Below, one piece after another: positions 56,645 through 64,000 of a stretch of DNA of 64,000 nt. A model generated the notes under the pieces. That model saw only the letters and a list, made by a program, of their open reading frames with translations. It did no database searches and was not told the DNA's origin. Location: sequence record NC_042013.1, one strand, 5' to 3'. Position 1 is the stretch's first letter; the number at the start of each line of letters is the position of its first letter. The position numbers and the translations under genes were made by a program.

Positions 56645-57385
56645 ATGTATAAGGTTTTTACTGAGAAAAATGGGGTAGGCACTTTGTTGTTTGATTTTTC
56701 CTTTGTAAAGGATGATAATAAAACACGGGCGTTAATATTGAAAAATAGAGCTAATGATTATCTTATAGGGAAAACGTCTATTTTAGATATCAGTGATATA
56801 GGTCATCACACTTTCACTGTTACAATTCCAGCAGGAACAAAAGTATATTTTGAGGTTCAGGATTTCGATTGTTATTTATATCCGTTGGATCAACCAGATG
56901 TTTCTTTTGAACGTGTGCATGTTGATTTATACGATTATAATAAAAATTTCGCGATTGACTCTCATAGAGGGATGGTACTTGGTTCAGAAACAAAAATTAA
57001 AATAGTCAACGATGTTAATATAAAATCACCTTGTTATACCAGCAGCGAGGAAAACGACGCTATATTTGAGGAATTCGCGGAGATCGCAAAAATAGAGCTT
57101 GAGAAGGGTCTCGACAATTTGCGCAAATCATCCTTTAAAGAATTAAATCGCGTGTTGTCAGGAATTAAAGGCGGGATGTATTCTTTTGATGATGTTAAAC
57201 ATATTGGGTTTGATATGTTAACGCTTGATAAAAAAGAAATAGAATTGAGTAGGTTGTTTGGATCATCCGCTAATGGAGAAATTTTTACATATTGGAGTGA
57301 GTTGTTTTTTGATAGCAATAATGACAGTATTGTGTTAGATATCCCTAATGACGAGGTAAGGTTTGAATTGGTGGATCATGTATAA
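56645..57385 (+). CDS. hypothetical protein (paralogue of 57378-58049)
   Basis: GVGTLL; TIPAGTKVYFE. Confidence 0.72.
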   Translation: MYKVFTEKNGVGTLLFDFSFVKDDNKTRALILKNRANDYLIGKTSILDISDIGHHTFTVTIPAGTKVYFEVQDFDCYLYPLDQPDVSFERVHVDLYDYNKNFAIDSHRGMVLGSETKIKIVNDVNIKSPCYTSSEENDAIFEEFAEIAKIELEKGLDNLRKSSFKELNRVLSGIKGGMYSFDDVKHIGFDMLTLDKKEIELSRLFGSSANGEIFTYWSELFFDSNNDSIVLDIPNDEVRFELVDHV

Positions 57386-58049
57386 ATTAGATTTTTCTGA
57401 AGAAGGTGTTGGAACCACCTTAAATGATATGATTGTAAAACCATCCGTTAGAAAATGGCATACAACGTCACGCGTCGTTATACCCAAAGGAACCAAAGTT
57501 TATTTTGAACGCCATAATGGAAGTTCAAACCGTCAATTTGTTAGTAAAATCATTCCGTTAGATTCAGAACTTAAAACAACAGAATATACGCTTGGTATGG
57601 TTTCTACTGGAGGGATTCGTACGGCATCTGGTGTGGTTCTGGTTGGATTGACGAGGTATAAAATTGTAAATGAGGTATATGGAATGTCTAACGATGTTCC
57701 TTATACGGATACCCCTGAAAATAACAAAATTTTAAAAGATTTTGAGGATAGATCAAAAGCCAGTATTGAAAAATGGCAACAATATATGACAAAAATGTAT
57801 TTTGAAGAAATAGAAGAAGATATTTCCAAAATACGTAGTGGGACGGTTGGTAAAGATTTGTATGAATATCCCCTTCCGCCATGTCCACCCATGAAAGAGA
57901 ATTTAAGATTTAAAGCGGATTTGCGAGATTATGAATTTATATGGGATTTTAATCTGGATGGAATGTTTAAGACAATATCAGAAAACTATATAAAAGTAGA
58001 GGGTGAACCTGACATATATGTGGAGATTGTAGATGATACCTTTGTCTGA
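57378..58049 (+). CDS. hypothetical protein (paralogue of 56645-57385)
   Basis: GVGTTL; VIPKGTKVYFE. Confidence 0.72.
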   Translation: MYKLDFSEEGVGTTLNDMIVKPSVRKWHTTSRVVIPKGTKVYFERHNGSSNRQFVSKIIPLDSELKTTEYTLGMVSTGGIRTASGVVLVGLTRYKIVNEVYGMSNDVPYTDTPENNKILKDFEDRSKASIEKWQQYMTKMYFEEIEEDISKIRSGTVGKDLYEYPLPPCPPMKENLRFKADLRDYEFIWDFNLDGMFKTISENYIKVEGEPDIYVEIVDDTFV

Positions 58050-58455
58050 TGATAATAAACTAATTTACCTGCTTGGTTCTAAAGATTTCGATGATACATA
58101 TAATTTTCATATGAAAAATAATATGGACGGATGCTTTAATGTATCAGAATATGTTTTTCATACTGACTATGACGATTTTAATTTCGGATATCTGGAATCT
58201 GTTTTTAGTTATCATATGCATAATAATTGTCCAGTTTCACCGTTCATTGTTAACGATGAAAAATTTGTATTATTATTAACATTTGATGTTAAATTTAATA
58301 CAGCAATGCCGGTTAAACACGGTTATGAGGTTGTTGGGTCTGATGAACGTAGAATGTTTATAATTTTTGACACAAAAGAAGAATATGAATACCAACTAGA
58401 AATTATTAAAAGCTACCTTAAAAAACCATTTGACATTGAAGACGAGGTTGTATAA
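58033..58455 (+). CDS. family B protein
   Basis: LSDDNKLIYL; IIFDTKEEY. Confidence 0.68.
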   Translation: MIPLSDDNKLIYLLGSKDFDDTYNFHMKNNMDGCFNVSEYVFHTDYDDFNFGYLESVFSYHMHNNCPVSPFIVNDEKFVLLLTFDVKFNTAMPVKHGYEVVGSDERRMFIIFDTKEEYEYQLEIIKSYLKKPFDIEDEVV

Positions 58456-58486
58456 TATGTATTCATAACAAGAGGAAAGGAAAATT

Positions 58487-58705
58487 ATGAAGAACGTAAT
58501 TCTTGCAATTATCGGAACGGTTGTTCTTTCTTCTTGTACTGTTTATGTAGACGGCGTTGAACCAGTATATGATCACCGTGTTTACGTAAACCGCTATGAA
58601 TACCGTCCTTATGTTAATCGTGAGTATGGTCCGCGTTATGGTTCTTATGGTAATCCGTATCAGCGTCGTTATTTTGAACGTTGCGGATACCATTGCGTTC
58701 GATAA
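58487..58705 (+). CDS. small lipoprotein with Y/R/P/G-rich tail
   Basis: Lipobox LSSC at residue 17; GAGGAAAGG RBS; upstream TTGACA...TATAAT. Confidence 0.72.
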   Translation: MKNVILAIIGTVVLSSCTVYVDGVEPVYDHRVYVNRYEYRPYVNREYGPRYGSYGNPYQRRYFERCGYHCVR

Positions 58706-58712
58706 CAAATAT

Positions 58713-58787
58713 GGGAGTGTGGCTGACTGGTAAAGCAGATGCCTTCAAAACATTGAGATGCGGGTTCGATTCCTGTCACTCCCACCA
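58713..58787 (+). tRNA. tRNA with anticodon TCA (opal/UGA suppressor type)
   Basis: 75-nt cloverleaf GGGAGTG/CACTCCC, loop CT-TCA-AA, 5-nt variable loop, TTCGATT T-loop, A73 and encoded CCA; C31-A39 mismatch. Confidence 0.85.
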
Positions 58788-58806
58788 TTTATTCAGGTAA
58801 ATCAAA

Positions 58807-59346
58807 ATGGAAATGTATCATTTAAAACATCAATCTAAAGGATTTGTGAAACAAAACGGAACCTTTGGTAGTGATGATCGCCTTTATAAAACCCCGAAAA
58901 AAGTTTCGTGGGCGGCGAAGATACATTATGCCAATACTTTCAAATATGCAACTTGTCGTGTTCGCTTTCGTGATCTTATCGACACTGTCTTGGTTGACGC
59001 GAATTCCAACGTGATTAGCCAACAAAAGCCGTCCGTTGAAATTCTTCGACAAATAGCATTTACATATGGATATTTTAGTCCTAATCAAATATCTGCGTAT
59101 GATGTTTATAACTATGCGAAAAATGTTTTAGGCGTTGTTGTAGACGAGTACCTGTATAGTAGAGAACCGTTGCATATAAACGCAGACCCCGGTGACTATT
59201 ATTCTCAAAACGGGTATCGATTTTTTAAAAATGACGAGGATGCCCTTATGACATCTCTCGCTAATCCTTCTGTTGAACTTTTTAAAATTTCAACAATAAT
59301 AGATACAGTTGATAATTACATACTAAGGGAGCTTGAAGGTGTTTGA
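58807..59346 (+). CDS. hypothetical protein
   Basis: C-terminal FFKNDEDAL motif. Confidence 0.7.
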   Translation: MEMYHLKHQSKGFVKQNGTFGSDDRLYKTPKKVSWAAKIHYANTFKYATCRVRFRDLIDTVLVDANSNVISQQKPSVEILRQIAFTYGYFSPNQISAYDVYNYAKNVLGVVVDEYLYSREPLHINADPGDYYSQNGYRFFKNDEDALMTSLANPSVELFKISTIIDTVDNYILRELEGV

Positions 59347-59641
59347 TGTACTGGTGTCCGAGGGTGTGTTTCTTAAAAACACCTATTATAGAGTTTCATT
59401 TCTCTTAACAACTACGTATAACAAAATGGAAGAATTTAAAAAACTTCGTTCACGTTTCGAGGACGAAATGACCGACATGATTGGCGAAAAAATAGCATTT
59501 ACCGAAATAGATACGTATGACTTGAATACGTCACGATCAGCAACGTGGTTTAGGATTGGCGGTACTTATTATTTTACAAATAAAGAATACGCGGTCCACG
59601 CCAATTTTATAGCAGGGATTATCAAAAATGAATTTAGCTGA
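59333..59641 (+). CDS. hypothetical protein
   Basis: YYFTNKEYA motif. Confidence 0.65.
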   Translation: MKVFDVLVSEGVFLKNTYYRVSFLLTTTYNKMEEFKKLRSRFEDEMTDMIGEKIAFTEIDTYDLNTSRSATWFRIGGTYYFTNKEYAVHANFIAGIIKNEFS

Positions 59642-60041
59642 TTTTTACATTGATGATTTTGTAGTATTTGACGCACCGAGTCTTACTAAAGAAACGGTTG
59701 TAGGATATATTGAGGAAAACATTTTATCAAAACTTTTTTCCGAGTGGGAACTGGTAGAATTGAATGAGATGTTTGAAGTTCAAGAAAGCGACCGTATAGT
59801 TGAGTGGCATAATGATTCCAAATGGGGAATGAATGTAACGTTCTTATATTATATGTCAGATATGTCTCCTGAAGTTGGTGGATCGATTAGTATCAGAAAT
59901 GGTGTTGATGAAACAAAAATTTATCCAAAAAAAGGTACATTGATAATGATGAGCCAAAAGAAACATGTTGAACACAAGGCAGAATATGCTAAAGTGAAAA
60001 GACATATGTTCAATATTGATTTTGATGTGAAAGGTTATTAA
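59628..60041 (+). CDS. 2OG-Fe(II) oxygenase (prolyl-hydroxylase-like)
   Basis: WHND (HxD), FLYY, GG.I, P..G, distal H in VEHKA, then R. Confidence 0.82.
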   Translation: MNLADFYIDDFVVFDAPSLTKETVVGYIEENILSKLFSEWELVELNEMFEVQESDRIVEWHNDSKWGMNVTFLYYMSDMSPEVGGSISIRNGVDETKIYPKKGTLIMMSQKKHVEHKAEYAKVKRHMFNIDFDVKGY

Positions 60042-60042
60042 T

Positions 60043-60285
60043 ATGAAAACGGTTGGTACACCATCTAAAAGATTTAAAGGGTATCATTACTTCTTCGGTG
60101 TGAAAGACGATCTTCTTGACTGGTTCAAGGAATCCGATTTTAATATGGGCGAGGTTGATACGCTTGATAACTTCAAACCTAATGATGAGGACTTGGTTCT
60201 TGTTAAAGATGGTAACATGTATATTATTAAAGAAGAGCATGTACCTACCATTATTCTTAAATCGGTGGATGTTGTTGTAGAATGA
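60043..60285 (+). CDS. hypothetical protein
   Basis: ORF in operon. Confidence 0.65.
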   Translation: MKTVGTPSKRFKGYHYFFGVKDDLLDWFKESDFNMGEVDTLDNFKPNDEDLVLVKDGNMYIIKEEHVPTIILKSVDVVVE

Positions 60286-60530
60286 CGGTAAAACTATCGG
60301 ATAATATGTTTGCAAAAAATTTTCCATATCTTGTGGAAACTACTAAAGATGTATCGGAAAGTATTTTGGAATCAATCGATTCTGGAATAGAACTTAATGA
60401 ATTCTGGCGTATTAATGCAAACGCAGACGATTATATGTGGATGTATTATTATAACACGTTATCCGGTGAATACATCTATATGTTTAAATCTAAGGATGAT
60501 GCTCTTATTGCGTCAATGTATGCGTCTTGA
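60282..60530 (+). CDS. hypothetical protein
   Basis: YMFKSKDDAL motif. Confidence 0.65.
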   Translation: MTVKLSDNMFAKNFPYLVETTKDVSESILESIDSGIELNEFWRINANADDYMWMYYYNTLSGEYIYMFKSKDDALIASMYAS

Positions 60531-60739
60531 ATTTTAATAAAGATGATTTCACGATAGATTTGTCTTTTGAAACTGCTGACAAAATAATTGACGTTGGGAT
60601 GTACTTAACAATGACGGTTGATTATACGATTAGTTGGTCTGTTCATTCTAAAAAGATATATTGTTACAGTGAGGACGCTCTATTAGAATGTGTGTTGAAA
60701 TTGTCAGGAGGCATTGACAATATTCCAGAAATAGGTTAA
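60527..60739 (+). CDS. hypothetical protein
   Basis: TTG start; YSEDAL. Confidence 0.55.
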   Translation: MNFNKDDFTIDLSFETADKIIDVGMYLTMTVDYTISWSVHSKKIYCYSEDALLECVLKLSGGIDNIPEIG

Positions 60740-60775
60740 ACATAAATCATCGAAACGCATTTATAGGAGATAAAA

Positions 60776-60982
60776 ATGATCGTAGCTTCTTCTCATTTCA
60801 CCCGTAACGGCAACACCTTTGAAGCCTACCTCGGTGATCTTCCGTTTACCACACGTGAGGAATCCGAATATGTTTTTGTAGAAGTTGAAAAGCATCGCAT
60901 TCCGTTTAAGCGAGTTTATGGTGACACTTTCGTGTCAATTGACGCACGTTTTGAGGATGTAAAACTTCGGATTATCTCCTAA
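60776..60982 (+). CDS. small early protein
   Basis: ATCGAAAC leader at 60749 and AGGAG RBS. Confidence 0.72.
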   Translation: MIVASSHFTRNGNTFEAYLGDLPFTTREESEYVFVEVEKHRIPFKRVYGDTFVSIDARFEDVKLRIIS

Positions 60983-61305
60983 TGATATCTGATCAGGATA
61001 ATACTTTCCTGATTTTGTCAGGAAAGTATTATATTTTTGATATTGGGGTAAAGGCGGTTGGACATTGGAAGCTTCGAGGTATATATTATGTTGATAAATC
61101 CAGTACTACTGGAAAATATATCTTAGAATTGTTCGAAGATGACGTTACTTATTCCATCGATGATTCTAACAACATAATTGTATCAATATATCAGCTTGGT
61201 GAACTTAATTATTTGTGTGCCTTTGACATGGACGATTATCGTCAGGATGATTTGCAAGTATCTATAAGTAAAATATGGGAAACCGTGTTTAATGATATCA
61301 GATGA
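60982..61305 (+). CDS. family B-like protein
   Basis: ISDQDNTFLIL; YYVDK. Confidence 0.62.
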   Translation: MISDQDNTFLILSGKYYIFDIGVKAVGHWKLRGIYYVDKSSTTGKYILELFEDDVTYSIDDSNNIIVSIYQLGELNYLCAFDMDDYRQDDLQVSISKIWETVFNDIR

Positions 61306-61672
61306 CGATAAACTATATCTCATATTGAAAGACGATCTACAGCACGTTGAACAATTTTGCAACGAGTATTTTGATTATGCTGGATTGTTTTATGTTGATC
61401 GCAAAGACGAGATATACACATCAATTGTTGATAGAACGGGTACGGATAATTTAGTTACCTCAGCCGATGGGGAACCTGTTTGCGGGGTATATATTAGAAA
61501 GTATGACAAATCATTCTTTATAAAAATGTCTCGCGTGGAAGATGAGATGCATATGATAAATTCTCTTTTTTATTATATCCGTTTAAACGATGACGTTGAC
61601 CTTAGCGATAAAACGCATATTAATATTGATATGCTTGGTTCATTTGACGCTAGTTCGGGGGATTTATTTTGA
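61292..61672 (+). CDS. family B protein
   Basis: ISDDDKLYLIL; FYVDR. Confidence 0.66.
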   Translation: MISDDDKLYLILKDDLQHVEQFCNEYFDYAGLFYVDRKDEIYTSIVDRTGTDNLVTSADGEPVCGVYIRKYDKSFFIKMSRVEDEMHMINSLFYYIRLNDDVDLSDKTHINIDMLGSFDASSGDLF

Positions 61673-61878
61673 ACAACATAATGATTATGGAACGAGTACG
61701 TTATAATTCATTAATGGGTAGCAACCGTTACTTATCATCAATGATGATGCTTGATCTATTTCTGATAAAAGAGGAAGATGGCACGTATACCGTTATGAAA
61801 TCACGATATAGTGACTTATGGCCGAACGACCGTGTAGATCGTATTAAAGTTATGGAATTCTTGTTTCTAAATCAGTAA
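61669..61878 (+). CDS. hypothetical protein
   Basis: TTG start, 69 aa. Confidence 0.55.
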   Translation: MNNIMIMERVRYNSLMGSNRYLSSMMMLDLFLIKEEDGTYTVMKSRYSDLWPNDRVDRIKVMEFLFLNQ

Positions 61879-62147
61879 CGATTAGAATCTTTTTCGCATT
61901 TGTGCCATTTCATTTCATACATTTCTTGATCAATCTTTCCATAGCAAATACCTTCTTGATCAAGACGCTTGGCAACAACATCTCGAGACTCACACGCAAG
62001 TTCAACAACTGGATTGTCATCGCCAACAGTTCCGCGACAAATAGAGTTATACGCCGCATATTGACCAAGGAAATTTTCTACTTTTGCAGAAAATGCGTAA
62101 GCAGGAGTAGAAATAAGAACTATTGAAATAGCTATGATAGATTTCAT
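61872..62147 (-). CDS. small secreted four-cysteine protein
   Basis: Signal peptide ending AYA; CRG..GD...AC..R......G.CYG.....WH.C; AAGGAGG RBS. Confidence 0.75.
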   Translation of the reverse strand: MKSIIAISIVLISTPAYAFSAKVENFLGQYAAYNSICRGTVGDDNPVVELACESRDVVAKRLDQEGICYGKIDQEMYEMKWHKCEKDSNRY

Positions 62148-62201
62148 TATAACCTCCTTGGTTAAATCATAAAATCCATCATAGCTTATTTTTTTAAAAA
62201 G

Positions 62202-63104
62202 TCAAGAGAGTATTCCGCCAACTTTACTCATAACTTTGTTTGCACCATTGGTCATTAGACCGCCAATGATAGATTGCAAACAAGGATCATTTGGTAAAAA
62301 TGACATTAGTGCTGCAAGACCCATCTTTGCCATATTCAACATACCCATTACGAAATTCATAATTTCTTGTTGAATTTTAGCAAGAATCTGTTGTGCCATT
62401 TGCATAAGCTGTGCCATAGCTTGCTGAATCATTGCCATAGCTTGCTGAACCATTCCTTTAAGGTTGTTCAACGCACCCATAAGCTGACCAAGAAGTTGCT
62501 GACCTGCCTGAAGTAATGACCCTAAGAAATCACCAAATGGAATACAAGGCGAGCCACCTCCAGCGCCGCCGAGACCGGTTCCTTGACCTAAGCCGTTAAC
62601 AGCAGAATTATTACCGATGGAGTTTTGAATCATTCCAACCATAGAAGGGAAATTAGCAATAATTCTATCTGTGTGTTCATGATATTGGTCTAAAATGTTT
62701 CCAACTGTTCCAATATCAGTGCTTAAGCCGGGATAGTTATTATTCCAATTTTCAAGATCAATGATTTGGCCCGGTGTTGGATTTCTACCGTCGCCGGGTG
62801 TACCTTGGTTGATTATTTCTTGATATCTGTCATCAATTTCTTTAGCGACTTCCTCGAGTTCTGTTTTAATCGCATCAACCTCACACGCACGCGGGTTGTA
62901 TAAAACTCCGGTGTACGGATTGTTAGTTGGCATGCTTGTAAACACATCTTGAAAATCTGTTATAACACCAGCATCAGGTTCATTGTCCATTAGCTTGTAT
63001 AGGGATACTGTTGTATCATCTAAAGATGGGTTATAAACAGGGCTATCAAGAAGACTCGCTGTGTATACGCCATCAAGGGGATTTACATCCACATTCTCTG
63101 CCAT
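62202..63104 (-). CDS. probable virion/baseplate-region protein with Q/M-rich amphipathic C-terminus
   Basis: G-rich linker, QQAMAM repeats, PC/NDPC motifs; late-type operon. Confidence 0.55.
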   Translation of the reverse strand: MAENVDVNPLDGVYTASLLDSPVYNPSLDDTTVSLYKLMDNEPDAGVITDFQDVFTSMPTNNPYTGVLYNPRACEVDAIKTELEEVAKEIDDRYQEIINQGTPGDGRNPTPGQIIDLENWNNNYPGLSTDIGTVGNILDQYHEHTDRIIANFPSMVGMIQNSIGNNSAVNGLGQGTGLGGAGGGSPCIPFGDFLGSLLQAGQQLLGQLMGALNNLKGMVQQAMAMIQQAMAQLMQMAQQILAKIQQEIMNFVMGMLNMAKMGLAALMSFLPNDPCLQSIIGGLMTNGANKVMSKVGGILS

Positions 63105-63441
63105 CTATATGCTCCAGACCACAATCGCATCCAGATTCGTGATCGCAACAATCACAGTCGTGCGAGTGGATTTCTATGTTTTGTTCGATTGCACCATTGC
63201 TATTTAGATAAATGTTACCGTCTTCTTGACCGTTCCATTTACCACTTGTAATAGTAATATCTTTTAAAGATGAAAATGTCACGTTGCCTTCAAAATGAAT
63301 ATCTATATCACTATGAACAGTGATTTTTCCATTTTCATCAACGCTTGTCCAAAATGGTAAGAAAGAATTCTTACCACTCTGAACTGAATTGGTAGACGGG
63401 GTTTTAAACCCGTCTATAATTTTTTTGATTGCTTTAATCAT
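63073..63441 (-). CDS. gp5-C-like beta-repeat protein with Cys/His-rich tail
   Basis: GKITVHSDIDIHFEGNVTFSS...ITITSG...IYLN; 7 Cys and 4 His in last 31 aa. Confidence 0.5.
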   Translation of the reverse strand: MIKAIKKIIDGFKTPSTNSVQSGKNSFLPFWTSVDENGKITVHSDIDIHFEGNVTFSSLKDITITSGKWNGQEDGNIYLNSNGAIEQNIEIHSHDCDCCDHESGCDCGLEHIDGRECGCKSP

Positions 63442-63794
63442 CCACGACCACCTCGTGACGCATTAAGAATTTCGGGAACCGCGCCAGCAGCACTTGTATG
63501 TGATGGGTCATTGGTGACCTGAGCATAGTGGGTTGCCACGTCTTTACTAACTTCGCTATATGCAATGATAGCGGACTTGCGAATAGGAATTCGTTTCGTT
63601 TCAGGTGCACCAATAATCCAAGGAGCAAATGCTACCATTCCCTGACCGGATTGTTCATCAGGAATCATAACCATCAAAAGAGGAGTCTTTACGAGAAGCT
63701 CGTCTGTAGATGCGTCAACCGCGTGCGCCACAACCTCTTCGCCGGTAATGATCTTAAGGGTTACTACTTTGTTAACTAAATTTGATAAATCCAT
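63438..63794 (-). CDS. T4-like conserved small protein, Sm/LSm-like beta-barrel
   Basis: VVTLKIITGEEVVA ... LVKTPL ... FAPW pattern; start MDLS at 63794. Confidence 0.6.
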   Translation of the reverse strand: MDLSNLVNKVVTLKIITGEEVVAHAVDASTDELLVKTPLLMVMIPDEQSGQGMVAFAPWIIGAPETKRIPIRKSAIIAYSEVSKDVATHYAQVTNDPSHTSAAGAVPEILNASRGGRG

Positions 63795-63850
63795 TGTACG
63801 TGTCCTTTTATGGTAAGTGTATTTAGAATACCATAAAAGGTGGTAGTTTA

Positions 63851-64000
63851 TCAATAAAACATATGCGTAAATTTCAAAGGAAACGGCACAAAGGTGTCAC
63901 TTTCACTTGTATAAATGGTAATGTCAATTAGACCAGAGTAGTTCTTTTTATCATTAACGATGCCGTGGACAAATATCGAGAACACAAATAGCTCGTCAAG
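63851..64000 (-). CDS. hypothetical protein, partial (3' end only)
   Basis: Open frame from window end to TGA at 63851. Confidence 0.5.
   Translation of the reverse strand, partial: LDELFVFSIFVHGIVNDKKNYSGLIDITIYTSESDTFVPFPLKFTHMFY

Noticed and set aside
58713-58787. tRNA-Sec, or alternative anticodon registers (TTC Glu, CAA Leu)
   Set aside because: There is no long variable arm or extended acceptor stem. The alternative registers lose U33 or the anticodon stem pairing.
570-63779. Numerous short overlapping opposite-strand ORFs in the track (e.g. 683, 2045, 5032, 13941, 18949, 24483, 57034, 63528)
   Set aside because: They fully overlap better-supported genes that have an RBS and operon coupling.
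1-64000. Genome-wide UGA reassignment (genetic code 4/25) suggested by the UCA tRNA
   Set aside because: Genes up to 1438 aa are uninterrupted in code 11. Many genes end in TGA inside ATGA overlaps, and the read-throughs I checked (62202, 63073, 63438) give only short extensions.

Overview
AT-rich, gene-dense segment of a very large T4-like (jumbo myovirus-type) phage genome. An alphaproteobacterial (Rhizobiaceae-like) host is inferred, not shown. Most of the window is a + strand early region of about 120 small ORFs behind sigma70-type TTGACA-N16/17-TATAAC promoters, several with a conserved ATCGAAAC leader. More than 50 of these ORFs are divergent paralogues sharing a [ILV][ST]D[IFV][ILFV]P[FYV] ('ISDIIP') motif. 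Stand-alone late genes behind T4-like NATAAATA promoters are interspersed; their N-termini resemble capsid-targeting sequences. A - strand virion fibre module at 32.2-44.8 kb holds a tandemly duplicated cassette: beta-propeller adaptor plus a ~1400-aa multi-propeller protein with a 21-aa repeat stalk. Recognisable functions: tRNA-Lys(CUU), a tRNA with the opal anticodon UCA, PnuC and NadR (NAD salvage), an N6-adenine-type DNA methyltransferase, a 2OG-Fe(II) oxygenase, a cyclic-phosphate-processing receiver domain, a lone vWA domain, a secreted ClpP/crotonase-like protein and a triple DUF6900-like repeat protein. The only long non-coding stretch (11.1-11.65 kb) is packed with hairpins and is a candidate structured RNA and/or origin. 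No integrase, IS, CRISPR array or rRNA was seen. All calls come from reading the sequence and ORF track by eye; no searches were run.
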